Below are positions 7,353 to 17,343 of a stretch of DNA of 36,371 bases, piece after piece (positions within the stretch are counted from its first letter, which is position 1; each line of letters opens with the position of its first letter). The position numbers and the translations under genes are program-made. The DNA is from a virus (taxonomy: Duplodnaviria; Caudoviricetes): positions 1-36,371 of the IMG/VR virus record IMGVR_UViG_3300037566_000074. One strand, written 5' to 3'. The notes beneath the pieces were generated by a model. The model had not been told where the DNA came from and made no database searches. It saw nothing but the letters and a program-made list of their open reading frames with translations.

Positions 7353-10153
7353 TAGTTGGCTAGTATTAATACTTCTTTATTTATTGGTAATACAGACGTA
7401 ATGTTACCTTGTCCACTAGCAAAGGTTATGGCATTAACATTAAAGTCTAATTCGGCGCGCGCATATACACCTTCTGGATTATCAAAAGAGGCACGCGCTT
7501 TTAGTTTTATAATAATGGTATCTGTATTGTTGTAATTAAAAGGAATGTTAACCACAGCATCTACACTGCTTTCTTCTAAGTCGTACACATCATAATAATC
7601 GTTTACAATTTCGGCACCGTTTTTATCTACGATAAGCCTAGCATTAGAAATATTGTCAGTAAAAGTTGGTTCGTCTACATCTAAATCTACTTCGTATTGC
7701 GCACCAATGGTTAGGTTAAAATCGTTTGGTAGTGCTGGTGTACAATCTAAACGATAGTGCTTTTCTGTTTCGTTACCAACGTCTGCAATACCTGTATTTA
7801 CATCGTTATAAATTTCTGTAAAAGTGATTAAATAATCTTTTAACCGCACAACGTTTACAGTATCTGTTGCCGTGGCACCATCGTTATCTGTTACTTGTAT
7901 CTGAAAGGTGTAAAAATCGCCTGTAAGGTTAGATATTAATGTGTTTTCCGCATTAGGTGTTGCAAAGTTAACACCTGCTACAGCTGTAAGCTGAGACCAT
8001 TGCCAAGACACTACAAACCCATCAGGATCGCCAGACTCTGATGTTAGTTGCGCTGTTGTTGCGCTGTCTGAAATATAGATAGTATTACCAGCTTCTACAA
8101 AAGGCGGTAAGTTTTCGCCTGTGCCACCACCATCATCATTTTGGTACACGGCTCTATTTATAGTTAACTCTACTTTGCCATTATCAATATCCCAACGTCT
8201 AATACTAGAAATAGTATAATTACCAGGCTCTTTGTAGTTCCAGCGAATCATATCATTAAAGAGCACTGGCATCTTTATACCTAAGTCTACCTTTACGTGT
8301 GGCACTTTAAAAAGGCGTCTGTAAATCTTTGCATGTACATCTGCAAATCGCAATTTTTCTACACCATACAAACTATCTGACCACTCTAGCCATTGGTAAC
8401 GGTTTTGTGGTCCTTGGTTACGGTAATAAATATTAACTAAAAAATTACCGGTTAAATCTTCTTCAGTGGTTTCAACAACCATCTGCTCATTATTTTGGTA
8501 GTTATAAACAACATCCAAAACATCTACAGAGCCAACAGACTGATGCACTACGTTTGTTATATTTTCTTTTATAAGGTTTGCACCATCTAACTGCACTACG
8601 GAATAATACTTACCATTTTGAGTAAACGAGTAAAGTATAGGCACTGTAATTGTATTGTAAACTACAGGTGTTGCATTGCCAGATAATTTTTGAAGCCTAA
8701 AAGATTTACTAAATCCACTAGGATCGTCCGCAAAGTTTAAACTTTTAGATAAGACATTGGTATAATCTTCTGAAACAACATCGGTAAATGTTTCTGTATC
8801 TATAAAACCTATTGGCTCAATCTCTAAACTGTTAATTTGTACGCTTACAATTTCTTCGTCTGTGATATAAGGCTCGTAAAAAATAACATCGAGCAATCCG
8901 TTTTCTGGCACCACAAATTCAAAACTTAACTTTTTAGATTTAGTGTTTACTAAATTAAGAAGCTCTTCATCACTTGTAGGACCATCAAAATTAGAATAGA
9001 GTGTTGCACCATTAAATGTTATTTTATAAAACAGTGGATTATTCCAACTACTTACAACACTTAATTCTTGGTTATAGTCTGTGTCGTTTATAGAGATTTC
9101 AAACTCTAGCTTGTATTTTTCTGAACGTTGCAAATACAACTTACTTCGCAAACCAACATATCTATTTTGATTAAAAATATTGGTGTTGGAATTATAAAGT
9201 ATAATATTATAGTCTGGTGCCACTGCTTTTGCATAGAATGTACCAATCCACTCAGTGCTATATATTTCTGGGTTAACACCAGTGGTTACTGCCCAACCAT
9301 CATTAATTTCATTGCTTTGCGCTTGCAAAAATTCTACAGGCTTACGCTCATGATCTATAGTTACAATACCATAAGGCACAACAGCCGTAACCTCTGGAGT
9401 GGCTATAGACTGTGTATTAATATCTTTAATGTTTCTGGTAAGGTCTACGTTGGCCACAAAAGCACCATCTACATCGTATTCCTTTGCTGAGTAGGTGAGT
9501 AGGTTACGCTTGTTTAAACCTTCTAAATGCCAGTAACCCATAGACTGAAATACGCAAAACAACAAGTCTTCTGCGAAGTACTGCAATATTTTATAGGCAT
9601 CATCTTTTTTGTTATTAGAAACAAAATCAGTACCCTTAATATATATAGTATGGTAAGCATCTTGATGATAGTTCTCTATAGAAGGGCAGAAGTAAAACGG
9701 CATAGATAAGCCTGTTAACTTTAAGCATTCTGCCAATATTGAAGTGACTGTATTTTCTTCTTCATAAAAACTATCCGGTAAATATTTTCCTTTAATACGG
9801 CCTAAACCATCTGTAGATGTAAAACTAATAGACAATGTACCTTGTTTCCATGGCTCACTATAATCATCTGGTAAGATAAAGCCTTGCCAAATTAAGGTGT
9901 CGTCGCTTTCTTTACGCATTTCTACCTTGTAGCGTTGTTCATCGCCTGTAAGCATATGATCTAATGCACCATCTACATTATCTGCTGTACTTACTACAAT
10001 GGTAAACTTTAAAGTAGAGCCAACAATAGTAAGCTCGTCTTTAGCATCACTGCCTCTATAAGATAAATTTACAGAAGAACGCGCTGCATTTTCTAACACT
10101 GTAGTATGCGTGTTGTCTGCTGTATCAATAATATCTATATAATAGTTTGGCAT
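7352..10153 (-). CDS. Tail tip/minor tail protein with PKD-like domain
   Basis: Follows the tape measure gene. NLPPFVEAG...DPDGFVVSWQWSQ...YTFQIQVTDNDGATATDTVNV is a PKD/REJ-type Ig-like repeat. Confidence 0.75.
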   Translation of the reverse strand: MPNYYIDIIDTADNTHTTVLENAARSSVNLSYRGSDAKDELTIVGSTLKFTIVVSTADNVDGALDHMLTGDEQRYKVEMRKESDDTLIWQGFILPDDYSEPWKQGTLSISFTSTDGLGRIKGKYLPDSFYEEENTVTSILAECLKLTGLSMPFYFCPSIENYHQDAYHTIYIKGTDFVSNNKKDDAYKILQYFAEDLLFCVFQSMGYWHLEGLNKRNLLTYSAKEYDVDGAFVANVDLTRNIKDINTQSIATPEVTAVVPYGIVTIDHERKPVEFLQAQSNEINDGWAVTTGVNPEIYSTEWIGTFYAKAVAPDYNIILYNSNTNIFNQNRYVGLRSKLYLQRSEKYKLEFEISINDTDYNQELSVVSSWNNPLFYKITFNGATLYSNFDGPTSDEELLNLVNTKSKKLSFEFVVPENGLLDVIFYEPYITDEEIVSVQINSLEIEPIGFIDTETFTDVVSEDYTNVLSKSLNFADDPSGFSKSFRLQKLSGNATPVVYNTITVPILYSFTQNGKYYSVVQLDGANLIKENITNVVHQSVGSVDVLDVVYNYQNNEQMVVETTEEDLTGNFLVNIYYRNQGPQNRYQWLEWSDSLYGVEKLRFADVHAKIYRRLFKVPHVKVDLGIKMPVLFNDMIRWNYKEPGNYTISSIRRWDIDNGKVELTINRAVYQNDDGGGTGENLPPFVEAGNTIYISDSATTAQLTSESGDPDGFVVSWQWSQLTAVAGVNFATPNAENTLISNLTGDFYTFQIQVTDNDGATATDTVNVVRLKDYLITFTEIYNDVNTGIADVGNETEKHYRLDCTPALPNDFNLTIGAQYEVDLDVDEPTFTDNISNARLIVDKNGAEIVNDYYDVYDLEESSVDAVVNIPFNYNNTDTIIIKLKARASFDNPEGVYARAELDFNVNAITFASGQGNITSVLPINKEVLILAN

Positions 10154-10157
10154 TTCT

Positions 10158-10165
10158 TATCTTTG
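10158..10165 (+). promoter_or_regulatory. Bacteroidota -7 promoter element (TATCTTTG)
   Basis: Matches TAnnTTTG, 4 nt upstream of the ATG at 10170. No canonically spaced -33 element is seen. Confidence 0.45.
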
Positions 10166-10169
10166 TACT

Positions 10170-10259
10170 ATGAAGCTATTTTTTATTATTGTTATTGTTG
10201 TTTGTCTTTATGTTTTAGGCTTGTTTTTTAACGATTATGTTAGAAAACGTAAACCCTAA
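10170..10259 (+). CDS. Small antisense single-TM peptide, 29 aa (not in ORF track)
   Basis: MKLFFIIVIVVCLYVLGLFFNDYVRKRKP fills the gap between the tape measure and tail-tip genes, with a promoter motif just upstream. Confidence 0.55.
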   Translation: MKLFFIIVIVVCLYVLGLFFNDYVRKRKP

Positions 10260-12718
10260 CTTTGTCTATTTAAACTTTTTTTAGCTCTATCCTGCACCAG
10301 GATAATATCTTCACCACTTATGCGCGTATCTAATACCAGTGGCTCACCTGCCATAATACCTGTTGGTGTATTAAGCTGGTTATACAATTCTTTTTGCTGT
10401 GCGGTATTTAAGATTAACTCACCAGAATTAACACGCGCCAAAATCTTATCGCCATAATAACTTGTACCACTTACAATACCACCATAGTTAAACTTAGGTA
10501 TAGCCGCAAAAGCCGCTAAGACACCACTTACAGCTGTAGCAATAAAGGTTGGTGTTGTAAAAATAGCTGCTGGTCCTGTTGCTGTACCAGAGGCTGTTGC
10601 ACCTGCAATAGCTTGTGATATTGACTGCGCCAACATCATGGAGATTAATTTTGTTACGGTCTGTAACAAGCCTGCAATAAAACCTTGAAATCCACTTTTA
10701 GCGAGTCCTAAACTTTCTACAACTCTACCTGTTAGGTTTGCAAAAGCATCACCTACAGAAGCACCAACAGCCTCACCAACCGCTCGTAAGCGTTCCATGT
10801 TTTCAGTAAAACGGTCTGTCTGCTCTTCTGTACTACTTAAAAAGTTTTCGTATTGATTAGAAATTACACCAAAATAAGCCTGACTGTTGGCTTCTGCTGC
10901 TGCTAAATCAAAATTTAAACTTGGTAAAAATTCGTTAAGATCTGCTAATTCGCTATCAAGCTCTGCGATTTCTAAGTCGTCTTCTGTTGAAATACCAGAA
11001 CCACCACCAGTACCACCCTTACCAGACAATCCATTTTTAATACCTGTGGTTACAGCATCACTAACTACTTCTTTTACAGCAGAAGCATCTACATCTTCTT
11101 TAATAAACTCAATTTTGTTTCTGCTGGTAATAGCATCTATAGCTGCTTGTCCGTTTTGCTTAATGCCTTCGGTTAGATTTTCCCAATCGTTAGCTAACTC
11201 TTGGGTAAAACCCTTAAAGACATCTTTAGATTTTTTAGTGTTTTCTCTTAAAATATCTGGTATGTCTGAGAAGTTACCTGTTAAGGCTGCTTTAACAACT
11301 GCACCAAAGGTTTTAAATCCGTTAACTATATTATCTACAAAGCCACTAATAATATTTTTTAGGGTTTCAAAAACAAACTTACCAACCTCGAATAGGTTTT
11401 TAAACACGTTAATAATGCTCTGTACACCTACACGTACCAAAGTGCTTTCGTTATAGAGGTCTATAAAGTAGTTGGCAATATCTATTAAGGTCTTTTTTAT
11501 AGGTGCCCAATTTTTATAGATAATAACACCAACAGCTGTAAGACCAGCTACAATTAATCCTATTGGACCAGTTAACAACGCAAAGCCTGTACCTATAGCC
11601 GGTAAAATTGTACCAGCTAAAGCGAGTAGTGGCCCTATTGCTGCAGCAATACCACCAAGTACAACTATGAATTTTTTTACTGAAGGTGAAAGATTATTAA
11701 ATCTATCTATCACACCTGTAAGTAATTCTGCCAACCTTCTAATAGCTGGCGCCAATTGTTCGCCTATAGAGATAAAAGCACCCTCTAAAGCAGATTTTAT
11801 TCTAAAAAACGCACCTTGCAAAGTGTTATCCATTATTGCTGCCATATCAGAAGCAGCACCACCTGCATTTCTATAGGCCTCAGAAAATTTATTTGCTTCA
11901 GTAAAATTCTTTGCTAAAACTGTTGCAACCGTAGCACCTCTTTTACCAAAAAGATCCATTGCGGTTGCATTTTGATTTGAGCTGTTTACAATTTTAGCTA
12001 AAGCACCCTCTAAAGTATCACCAGATTTTGCAACATCTAAAAAGATGTTACGTAAACCTGTACCAGCTGTAGATGCATCAATACCAGCATTTACCAACAC
12101 AGATAAATAACCAGTTGTATCTTCTATACTTGCGCCTGCTGTATTAGCTACTGGTGCTACAACTGCCATAGCTGTTTGAAATTTCTCTAAATCTAAAGCT
12201 GAACTACTAAAAGATTTAGCCATAACATCTACAACGCGTTGCGTTTCATCTGCAGAAATACCAAAACCTCTTAAAGTAGATGCCGCAACAACAGCACTGT
12301 TTGCTAAATCCTCACCAGTAGCTAATGCTAAATCTAATGTAGCATCAGTAACTTTTAGTATTTCACTAGGATTAAAACCTAACTTAGAATAATTAAGCTG
12401 AAGCGCAGCAACCTCAGACGCTGTAAAACGTGTAGTTGCACCAAGGTTTTTTGCATTTTCTTCTAAGAGTTTAAACTGGTCTGCTGTTGCACCAGAAATA
12501 GCCTTTACCTTTGCCATTTCTTGTTCAAACTCAGCAAAAGTTTTAACACCCAAAGCACCTAAACCAACTAGAGGCAAGGTTAAACCAGCTGTTAAACTTG
12601 CACCTGTTTTTCGTAATTGTGCGCCAGTCTTTTCTAAGGACCTATTAGCATTCTGCATTTGTGAGCTGAACTGCTTTAGATCTGCTAGAAATTTTATATT
12701 GATAATTGGACTTGCCAC
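10256..12718 (-). CDS. Tail tape measure protein (TP901-like family)
   Basis: FEQEMAKVKAISGAT...LGATTRFTASEVA core, GIDASTAGTGLRN, and Ala/Gly-rich helices. Confidence 0.95.
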   Translation of the reverse strand: MASPIINIKFLADLKQFSSQMQNANRSLEKTGAQLRKTGASLTAGLTLPLVGLGALGVKTFAEFEQEMAKVKAISGATADQFKLLEENAKNLGATTRFTASEVAALQLNYSKLGFNPSEILKVTDATLDLALATGEDLANSAVVAASTLRGFGISADETQRVVDVMAKSFSSSALDLEKFQTAMAVVAPVANTAGASIEDTTGYLSVLVNAGIDASTAGTGLRNIFLDVAKSGDTLEGALAKIVNSSNQNATAMDLFGKRGATVATVLAKNFTEANKFSEAYRNAGGAASDMAAIMDNTLQGAFFRIKSALEGAFISIGEQLAPAIRRLAELLTGVIDRFNNLSPSVKKFIVVLGGIAAAIGPLLALAGTILPAIGTGFALLTGPIGLIVAGLTAVGVIIYKNWAPIKKTLIDIANYFIDLYNESTLVRVGVQSIINVFKNLFEVGKFVFETLKNIISGFVDNIVNGFKTFGAVVKAALTGNFSDIPDILRENTKKSKDVFKGFTQELANDWENLTEGIKQNGQAAIDAITSRNKIEFIKEDVDASAVKEVVSDAVTTGIKNGLSGKGGTGGGSGISTEDDLEIAELDSELADLNEFLPSLNFDLAAAEANSQAYFGVISNQYENFLSSTEEQTDRFTENMERLRAVGEAVGASVGDAFANLTGRVVESLGLAKSGFQGFIAGLLQTVTKLISMMLAQSISQAIAGATASGTATGPAAIFTTPTFIATAVSGVLAAFAAIPKFNYGGIVSGTSYYGDKILARVNSGELILNTAQQKELYNQLNTPTGIMAGEPLVLDTRISGEDIILVQDRAKKSLNRQS

Positions 12719-12721
12719 TGC

Positions 12722-13033
12722 TTATGTTTTATTTTTATCTTTTTTTGCCCAAAAGTTTTTGACTGCTTCTATGTCTTCATCTTTTGGTGTTTCTTTTGCT
12801 TTTTCTTCAATATCCCAAACTAAAGGCAGTACTTTTTCTGGTGTTAGGTTGCCACCCTTTTTTTGGTGTGGCAATAACGATGCGTACATTATTGCTCTTG
12901 TGGTTTCCCATGTTAATCTAACTTTGCGCTCTTGTTTGTTGTAATAGCCTTTGGTTACGTAGTACCACTCTGTAAAAGACATATCGTAAAAGTCTTCTAA
13001 TTGTAGTCCTATTTCACCACAAGCTAAAGCCAT
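12722..13033 (-). CDS. Tail assembly chaperone T segment (gpGT C-terminal part, reached by -1 frameshift)
   Basis: The frame is open from the GGGAAAG slippery site (13093..13087) to 12722. FYDMSFTEW motif; lies just before the tape measure gene. Confidence 0.8.
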   Translation of the reverse strand: MALACGEIGLQLEDFYDMSFTEWYYVTKGYYNKQERKVRLTWETTRAIMYASLLPHQKKGGNLTPEKVLPLVWDIEEKAKETPKDEDIEAVKNFWAKKDKNKT

Positions 13034-13074
13034 TAAGTCGCCAAATGTAAGTGAGCTGCTTTGCGCTGGCTCAC

Positions 13075-13449
13075 TTACTTCTTTGACTTTCCCAAGGCAT
13101 TTGGGTTTGCTTCATAAACCTTAACCTGGTGCGCTGCATAGTCTTCAAAAACACCCTTGAAATTTTGAAAGCCTTGCTGTTGCACATCATCTAAAAGATC
13201 GTACAAATCGAACTCGATCTGCTCTTTTGCTGCACATTGGATTGCTGAAATTAAAAACCATCCAAAAACCTCTAATAGCTCGAAGTTATCGACATCTGGT
13301 TTTTCGTTGATAAGCAGTTTTAACTTGTCTTCAAATTCAGAAATCTTGTGCAAACCCATGTTATCCATAAAGTATTTTTGAAACCGCATTCCGAATGCAT
13401 ACGGATAGGATTTGCGTAATACTTTTATTTTTTTTGCCTTGGTACTCAT
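13075..13449 (-). CDS. Tail assembly chaperone (gpG-like)
   Basis: Lies between the major tail and tape measure genes and ends ...TTG GGA AAG TCA AAG AAG TAA. Confidence 0.8.
   Translation of the reverse strand: MSTKAKKIKVLRKSYPYAFGMRFQKYFMDNMGLHKISEFEDKLKLLINEKPDVDNFELLEVFGWFLISAIQCAAKEQIEFDLYDLLDDVQQQGFQNFKGVFEDYAAHQVKVYEANPNALGKSKK
13087..13093 (-). promoter_or_regulatory. Programmed -1 frameshift site G GGA AAG
   Basis: Identical to the lambda G/GT slippery heptamer, and the -1 frame is continuous with the downstream ORF. Confidence 0.85.
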
Positions 13450-13481
13450 TGTTTTATTAGATTTTTGCTGTTATTATTAGA

Positions 13482-13910
13482 TTATGGCGCTGGTACTACA
13501 CCTACTGTAAGGTCGCCTGAGCCTGTAAACTGAAAGCTTGCTGTGGCCGAGTTACCTACTTCTGCACCTAAATCTGTGTTGGTTACATAACAGCTACCAG
13601 AGTAGGTGTCGTCGCCTTCTACATCTGTTGTAAACTCTAGGGTTAACAAATCGTTTGCTAACTGATGTGTGATTAAATCTTTAGGATCTAACTGTGTTGA
13701 ACTACCATCTGGTTTGTTTGCCCAAAGTGATTCCATAGAAGCGGTCCAGCTGTAATTGTCTGGTGTTACTATGGTACCATTTGTGTCTTTTGTAGCAATC
13801 TCGGTTGTATTGCTTGTAATTGTAATTTGCGCTGTTGTTGAGTGGTATAATGTTTTATCACCTATACGCAACCTTACGTTTTTGCCTTTGTAAATTGTGC
13901 CTGCTGCCAT
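13482..13910 (-). CDS. Major tail (tube) protein
   Basis: EIATKD, SWTASME, YSGSCYVTN and ATASFQFTGSGDL fit TP901-1-type tail tube proteins. Confidence 0.88.
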   Translation of the reverse strand: MAAGTIYKGKNVRLRIGDKTLYHSTTAQITITSNTTEIATKDTNGTIVTPDNYSWTASMESLWANKPDGSSTQLDPKDLITHQLANDLLTLEFTTDVEGDDTYSGSCYVTNTDLGAEVGNSATASFQFTGSGDLTVGVVPAP

Positions 13911-13922
13911 TGTTTTATTTTT

Positions 13923-14294
13923 TTATGGTTTGTATTCTACTCTATAATTAAGATCTACCACGAATAGATCATCTCTATCTTCTACTACATCTACAGGGCT
14001 ACTACCTAGAAAATAGGTTGTAAAACCTTGCACATCGTTATCTATAACATCTTGGCAGACATCATAGATTTCTAAAAGTTCTTTTACGCTTTTAGATAAA
14101 ATGACTATTGCCATTTCGTATTCTTTAAGTCCATCTTTTGACACTCTATCGGTCTCAAAAGCGTTGTAACTTATTAATGGTGTTGTTTCTGCATTTTTAG
14201 GACTGATAACAAAATCGCAACGTGTGCCAACTTTAGCTGTTATCTTATTACTGTTAGCAAATTCTGTTGTCATTATTTGTAAGAGTCCGTACAT
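13923..14294 (-). CDS. Putative tail terminator
   Basis: Synteny (between the gp10-like and major tail genes) and size. Confidence 0.65.
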   Translation of the reverse strand: MYGLLQIMTTEFANSNKITAKVGTRCDFVISPKNAETTPLISYNAFETDRVSKDGLKEYEMAIVILSKSVKELLEIYDVCQDVIDNDVQGFTTYFLGSSPVDVVEDRDDLFVVDLNYRVEYKP

Positions 14295-14295
14295 C

Positions 14296-14784
14296 TTATA
14301 ACTGGTTTATTACTTTTTGTAAATACCTTTCGGTTTGTGGTACTGCTTTACCAATTACTTTACCTTGGGTTGCTTCTTTTGCTTTATTCATAAAGAAATT
14401 GGCAGGTACTCTTTTTCTAGCGCCTTTTGCATTTGCATCACTATTACCTTTACGGTTGCGCTTAAATCCTCTACGGTAAATATTATGTCCTGGTATTACA
14501 AACTGACGTATGTACCAGCCATCATACTTTCCTGTACTTCGTGGACCTACAATTCCCATTGGTACAGCTGCGCGTCTCATAACTTGAAACTTAATAGACC
14601 TTTTACCTACACCTGTATCTTCTGGTGCTAATCTGCGTGCTGCATCTATTGTAGATTTAGCAGATTTTCGCAATATCTTTAGTATTGGCCTACGCTTATC
14701 TTTATCATTGCTTAGCTTTTTTACCTTGGCTTGCAATTCTCTAAAGCCTGTTATTTGTACCAATTCTTTAGCCACGATACTCAC
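14296..14784 (-). CDS. HK97 gp10-like tail completion protein
   Basis: ITGFREL...ARRLAPEDTG..KRSI...VPANFFM motifs. Confidence 0.8.
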   Translation of the reverse strand: MSIVAKELVQITGFRELQAKVKKLSNDKDKRRPILKILRKSAKSTIDAARRLAPEDTGVGKRSIKFQVMRRAAVPMGIVGPRSTGKYDGWYIRQFVIPGHNIYRRGFKRNRKGNSDANAKGARKRVPANFFMNKAKEATQGKVIGKAVPQTERYLQKVINQL

Positions 14785-15109
14785 AGTTTAAAAGCATGTA
14801 CATTTTACGTCCACCAAAATCTGCATTGGCACCTGTTACATAGTAGATTTTACTATCTTCTATTACTGCTAATTGCTGTAGGTTTAGTGCTGCAATATCT
14901 TGATCGTAGTGTATGATATAATCGCGCTTATTAATATCGAACACCTTTTGCTCAAAATCTTCTGAGGACGATTTTACCATTAACTGAGCCCAAACGTTTT
15001 TTACAGATGTCTGTGTACGCTCTTGGCTATTGATATCTGACTTTACGGTTGTAAAGTTTACGATCTCTACATAGCGGTCTAGCTTACCTATAGTTTCGTT
15101 TACTGCCAT
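14768..15109 (-). CDS. Head closure/head-tail adaptor (SPP1 gp16-like)
   Basis: IGKLDRYVEI...VWAQ motif and synteny. Confidence 0.8.
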   Translation of the reverse strand: MAVNETIGKLDRYVEIVNFTTVKSDINSQERTQTSVKNVWAQLMVKSSSEDFEQKVFDINKRDYIIHYDQDIAALNLQQLAVIEDSKIYYVTGANADFGGRKMYMLLNCEYRG

Positions 15110-15663
15110 TGTCTCTTAAACTTATGGATTAAACTATAGGACATGCGCGGCAGATTGTTAACACTATCTGAACGCTGCTCATAAAAACTACCTACTAATA
15201 GCTTGCAAAACTGTACAAACTGCTCTGGCATAATCTCTAAGCCATAACCAGCATCATACGTAATGACCACTGCATCTTGTCTGTTATAGAGCGTTGGTAA
15301 ATCTGTTTCATCATTAAAATAAATGACTGGCTCACCGTAATGATACCCTAACACATATAGGCCTGTATCTAAAGTTTGTAAGGTATTGTCCTCATCATAA
15401 TACTTTATCTCTAAACCTGTTTTGTATGGTGTTTGCGTAAGCAACAATCTGTTTACAAAGGTTGTTAGCTTAATGGTTACCGTATAAATTTTTAAAGAAC
15501 GTGACGTGTAACTTTCTGCTTCTGCTACTGCAGCATCTATATAGGACTGTATAAGATCGTCCTGATAAGAATGTGTAATATTAAGATGCGCTTTTGCATC
15601 TGCCAAACTTAAAATAGTTGGCTGCGTTACACCTTCTTTTAATACTGCAAAATTGCTAAACAT
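15100..15663 (-). CDS. Head-tail connector (HK97 gp6-like)
   Basis: LSLADAKAHLNI..DDLIQSYIDAA..AESYT..L and LLVGSFYEQR. Confidence 0.88.
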   Translation of the reverse strand: MFSNFAVLKEGVTQPTILSLADAKAHLNITHSYQDDLIQSYIDAAVAEAESYTSRSLKIYTVTIKLTTFVNRLLLTQTPYKTGLEIKYYDEDNTLQTLDTGLYVLGYHYGEPVIYFNDETDLPTLYNRQDAVVITYDAGYGLEIMPEQFVQFCKLLVGSFYEQRSDSVNNLPRMSYSLIHKFKRQWQ

Positions 15664-15686
15664 GATTACACTTTTGTTTTAGGGTT

Positions 15687-15920
15687 TTACGCCTTTTTTG
15701 CTACACCAGCATCAATTAATATTTCTGCCTGGTCTTTTATGAAACTAGCGGTTTCACCTGCACTGTACGCTAAACCAAATAAACCTGTTGGTGATGCTAT
15801 AAATTCTACTTTTACACCGCCTTTTGCTACGGACTTAATAAATGGTTTGCCTGATTTATATTTTTTTGGCTCTTGTTTTGTTTCTGCTTCTTTAGAAACT
15901 TCTGCTTTTTTCTTTGCCAT
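15687..15920 (-). CDS. Small head-associated hypothetical protein
   Basis: Follows the capsid gene; its AEILIDAGVA ending is typical of post-capsid small proteins. Confidence 0.65.
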   Translation of the reverse strand: MAKKKAEVSKEAETKQEPKKYKSGKPFIKSVAKGGVKVEFIASPTGLFGLAYSAGETASFIKDQAEILIDAGVAKKA

Positions 15921-15980
15921 GATTTCTACTTTTTAATTGTTTTAATAAGTGGTTAAGATTTGGTAATTGTTGTAGGTTTT

Positions 15981-16016
15981 AAAAAAAAGGCTGCTACATT
16001 ACACAGCAGCCTTTTT
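15981..16016 (-). terminator. Intrinsic terminator after major capsid gene (possibly bidirectional)
   Basis: AAAAAGGCTGCT-acattacac-AGCAGCCTTTTT stem with an A8 tract on the left. Confidence 0.8.
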
Positions 16017-16054
16017 CAACTAACTAAATAAACCAATCTATGAACTGAAAAAAA

Positions 16055-17341
16055 TTATGCTGATAAATCCCAATCTTTTACTACTGAGAATGCTTTTGGT
16101 TGACGCACCAAGGTGTCAAAGAATGCATTTACTGTGATATCGTAGATACCTTCTTTTGCTTTCTTGTCGATATCTAAGTCATAGAATCCCCATTGACCAA
16201 TGATTAATTGACTGAAGTCGCCAAAAATACCTGCAGATACTGGGTCTGCTGTACCTTTTGTTAAATCACCAGGCACTAAGTTAGATACACCTACCATGTA
16301 ACCATTAATAGTGTTATCTGTTGCCATTAGATATCCTAAATCACCAGCTTCGTGCTTTGTCTTTTTTAACTTCCCTTTTGTGGCAGCATTAATTAAATAC
16401 GCCATTCTTGAAGAATTAGCATTTGCTACATATACACCAGATTCTAAATCTACAATATGCGCCCAAGTTGGTGCTGCACCATTGGTACCACCTACAACTG
16501 CATTTGTACCTGATGCGTTAAGAATACCAGACGCACCATTAATACCATCTACATCTAACGCGTTTGCTACCACAGCGTTGATTTCGTCAATCGTTAAACG
16601 CTCTAAATCTACATTAGACTGAAAAAGGTTTTGCATAGACACAGGAACTGTAGACGCTAAACGTCTTGGTGTCATAGACTTTTTGCTATATGCGTTTTTA
16701 GTAGGATCTACTGTTGCAATTTCACCTTCCCAAGTTGCAGTAATGCCACCATCATTAACAGGAAAATCTACATTGCCTGAAAGATTAGATAAATAGGTTG
16801 CGCCCATTTCTCTAAGAATTGGTTTTGGTCTTAAAAACTCAACTGGTGCTTGCAAATCTGTTGCTACTAAGTTGGCACCATACCCACCAGAATCTTGTGT
16901 AACTGTTTGTCCATCTGCACGTAATTCTGTTGGCATTGCAATACCTGTAATTGCTACACCAGAATCTTTAGCGCGTTGCGAAAATTCTTGGTGCATTTCT
17001 AATTCTAAACCATCTAACTTTTGGTTAGGTAACAATGAACGTATTGCTTTATGAACGCTGTAACGTTTCATAGCTTTGTCCATTTCTCTTTCTTCACTAC
17101 CTGGTAATCCAGCACCTGCACCTGCTGATTCGGCTGCACGTTTTTTAGCGTCCTCTACTGCTTCAGCTCTTTTGATTTGTGCATCTAAGTCTTTAATCTT
17201 AGTGTCGTTTGCATCAAAAGTGCGTTGTTCTTCTTCTGTAAAGTTTGGATTTTCTGATCTTGCTTCTACAGTTTTGATTAAATCGTTTTGAGCGGTTACT
17301 AATGAGTGTCGCTCTTGTTTTAAATCATTGCTTGTTTTCAT
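16055..17341 (-). CDS. HK97-fold major capsid protein with N-terminal delta (scaffold) coiled coil
   Basis: Coiled-coil N-terminus, ATWEGEI, INGY.VGVSNLVP, IFGDFSQL and RQPKAF motifs. Confidence 0.93.
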   Translation of the reverse strand: MKTSNDLKQERHSLVTAQNDLIKTVEARSENPNFTEEEQRTFDANDTKIKDLDAQIKRAEAVEDAKKRAAESAGAGAGLPGSEEREMDKAMKRYSVHKAIRSLLPNQKLDGLELEMHQEFSQRAKDSGVAITGIAMPTELRADGQTVTQDSGGYGANLVATDLQAPVEFLRPKPILREMGATYLSNLSGNVDFPVNDGGITATWEGEIATVDPTKNAYSKKSMTPRRLASTVPVSMQNLFQSNVDLERLTIDEINAVVANALDVDGINGASGILNASGTNAVVGGTNGAAPTWAHIVDLESGVYVANANSSRMAYLINAATKGKLKKTKHEAGDLGYLMATDNTINGYMVGVSNLVPGDLTKGTADPVSAGIFGDFSQLIIGQWGFYDLDIDKKAKEGIYDITVNAFFDTLVRQPKAFSVVKDWDLSA

Positions 17342-17343
17342 GA

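Noticed and set aside
10887-11456. 189-aa plus-strand ORF and similar antisense ORFs (e.g. 5839, 9128, 16311, 18372, 25029, 29413)
   Set aside because: They are shadows of well-supported minus-strand phage genes and have no motifs of their own.
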